From: an uncultured Solirubrobacterales bacterium
GTDB lineage: Bacteria; Actinomycetota; Thermoleophilia; Solirubrobacterales; Solirubrobacteraceae
Assembly: GCA_963836715.1 (NCBI GenBank)
Contig: CAWIKH010000001.1
Coordinates: 81,705-145,704 of the forward strand
DNA: 64,000 nt
Direction: 5' to 3'
How positions within the stretch are numbered: the first letter of the stretch is position 1; each line of letters opens with the position of its first letter. Shown here one piece after another: positions 62,271-64,000 of the stretch. The notes beneath the pieces are model-generated. The model did no database searches, was not told where the DNA came from, and saw nothing but the letters and a program-made list of their open reading frames with translations. A program made the position numbers and the translations under genes.

Positions 62271-63494
62271 CTACCGGGGCACCCGTCCGCCCTCTGCCCC
62301 CCGCTCGTGGGCGGGCCCGCGCGGCGGGGCGATGCCGAGCACGCGCATCGCCTTGAGCCCGAGCGACAGCTTCTCGCGGCCGTCGGTCGACGAGACGTCG
62401 AGGCCGGTCAGCTCGCGCACGCGCTCGAACCGGTAGCGGACCGTGTGGCGATGGGTGATCAGCCGCTGTGCGGTCGCGTTGACGTTCGCATCGCACTCGA
62501 GGAACGTCGACAGCGTGCCGAGCAGATCGGTCTCGTACTGCTCGTCGTAGGCGACCAGCGGCCGGACCGTCTCGTCGTAGAAGCGCCGCAGCTCGGCCGG
62601 ATCGCTCATGTAGGGCAGCAACAGCTGGTACGTGCCGGTCTCCTCGTACCCGAGCTCGGTGCGCTCGGGCTCCCCCTCGACGACGTTGGCGGCGAGCAGC
62701 GCCTCGTTGCGCGCACGATGGAGCTCGAGCGGTTCCTCCGTGCGCCGGCTGCGGCCGACCGCGTACGCGAACCCCGGGAGCCCCGACTCGAGCTCGCGCA
62801 GGATCGCGGAAACCGCCCGCCGTCCCGCCTCCCCGTCGCCGTCGGGAACCAGCACCGCGATCTCGGCAGCCTCGTCGGCGGTCGGCGCCGCGATTGCTCC
62901 CGACGCGATCGACCGCGCCCCGCGCGCCGCGAGCGCGAGCAGGCGCCGGCGCCAGTCCTCCTCGCTCGGGTTACGAGCATGGGCACGGATGATCACCACG
63001 CTGGCGCCGCCACCAAGATCGGTCCCGAGCTCCTTGCCGCGCGCGATCAGGTCCTCGCGAGCCTCGATCCGGCCGTCGAGCACTGCCCGCATGAAACCCG
63101 TCGCCGCCTCCTCAGAGGCGCGCTCGGGCGCGCGAACCCGCTCGACCTCGGACGCGATCAGGGTCGTGACCAGTCGCAGCAGCGAGGCGTCGGTCGGGCG
63201 CTCGGAGGCCCGCATCCGCAGCCGCCCGACCGTCGCCTCGGCCACCTTCAGCTCGATCGTGGTGACGTCGTCGGCGTCCCGCATCAGCGAGCGCTCATCC
63301 GCCGGCGAACGCGCCGCGACCGCGAGTACCGTGGCCGAGCGGTCGATCAGGATCAGGCTCGTGTCGAGCGCCCGCGCCGCCGCGCGCAGGATCGCAGGGA
63401 GGCCCGCCCCGTCCTCGACGGCGTCTGTGATTGCAGCCAGCGCAGCCAGGTCGGGCGCGGCCGCCCCGGTCTGCTGCTGGGCGCGGTCAGCCAA
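62271..63494 (-). CDS. PucR/CdaR family transcriptional regulator
   Basis: PLVAYD…DLLGTL..FLECDANVNATAQRL.THRHTVRYR. Confidence 0.9.
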   Translation of the reverse strand: MADRAQQQTGAAAPDLAALAAITDAVEDGAGLPAILRAAARALDTSLILIDRSATVLAVAARSPADERSLMRDADDVTTIELKVAEATVGRLRMRASERPTDASLLRLVTTLIASEVERVRAPERASEEAATGFMRAVLDGRIEAREDLIARGKELGTDLGGGASVVIIRAHARNPSEEDWRRRLLALAARGARSIASGAIAAPTADEAAEIAVLVPDGDGEAGRRAVSAILRELESGLPGFAYAVGRSRRTEEPLELHRARNEALLAANVVEGEPERTELGYEETGTYQLLLPYMSDPAELRRFYDETVRPLVAYDEQYETDLLGTLSTFLECDANVNATAQRLITHRHTVRYRFERVRELTGLDVSSTDGREKLSLGLKAMRVLGIAPPRGPAHERGAEGGRVPR

Positions 63495-63515
63495 TCGGTG
63501 CAGTCCCGGTCCGGG

Positions 63516-63737
63516 TCAGAACACCCTGGGCCACTCGACCACGACCACGGCGCCGAGCAGCACGCCGGCGCCCACGAACGCGGCCAGAACGTAGGCCGAC
63601 AGCATCACGGCGATCAGCCGCTCGTGCACGCGCCTGTACGCGGTGACCGCGGGGACCGCCACGAGCAGGAGGAACGCCAGCAGGCCGAGCACGCCGAGAC
63701 TCACGGCGACCAGGTAGGTGATCTGCGTGTTGCTCAT
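63516..63737 (-). CDS. Small two-TM hypothetical protein
   Basis: Two hydrophobic segments separated by AYRRVHER. Confidence 0.65.
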   Translation of the reverse strand: MSNTQITYLVAVSLGVLGLLAFLLLVAVPAVTAYRRVHERLIAVMLSAYVLAAFVGAGVLLGAVVVVEWPRVF

Positions 63738-64000
63738 CGATGTCCGTGGAATTGTGCCCGATGGGGGCGATGACCGAGTAGCAGGCTACGGATTCGACCA
63801 CGGCCGCCGCCGCACCTTCAGACGAACAGCGGAAAACCGAAATCGCGCGGCACCGGCACCGCGCAGCACGCGCCAGGGTACCGGGGCGCGAGCGCAGCCG
63901 CGGCCGCCTCGGCCCGCGCGCGGCCCTCCCCCTCGGGCGGGTCCCAATATAGCCCGGCGACCGTCGGCCCGGACCCGCACACGAACGCGCGGTCGGCCCC

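Overview
High-GC chromosomal window from an actinobacterium, most likely Thermoleophilia/Solirubrobacterales (inferred from gene content and order, not from a search). The left ~45 kb is a mosaic of metabolic and accessory genes: GH3 plus glycoamylase-family glucanase, a lipoprotein serpin, an AKR-OCD-PLP dehydratase-TDO-like operon, GH79 plus ABC exporter plus Tat metallophosphoesterase, a badH/badI-like pair, an ECF sigma/anti-sigma fusion and three GT4 genes. The right ~20 kb is conserved housekeeping synteny (divIC-eno-mazG-prsA-like-mfd-pth-rplY ... prs-glmU-tRNA-Gln). RNA genes are tRNA-Leu(UAA), tRNA-Gln(UUG) and a candidate 6S-like RNA. Most striking observations: (1) an identical 29-bp GC-rich core in a 36-bp unit sits in frame in two unrelated secreted-protein genes (1 copy in the serpin, 4 tandem copies in GH79), reading SAAPDGGAL in both; (2) an HNH endonuclease lies directly behind tRNA-Gln with a perfect LexA box just before its ATG; (3) a standalone csrA has a structured GGA-bearing leader; (4) two genes appear to need non-canonical starts (ATT, CTG); (5) a family of AT-rich intergenic palindromes and gene-end tandem stutters. 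Several single-base frameshifts suggest residual long-read errors. No CRISPR array, transposase or prophage was seen.
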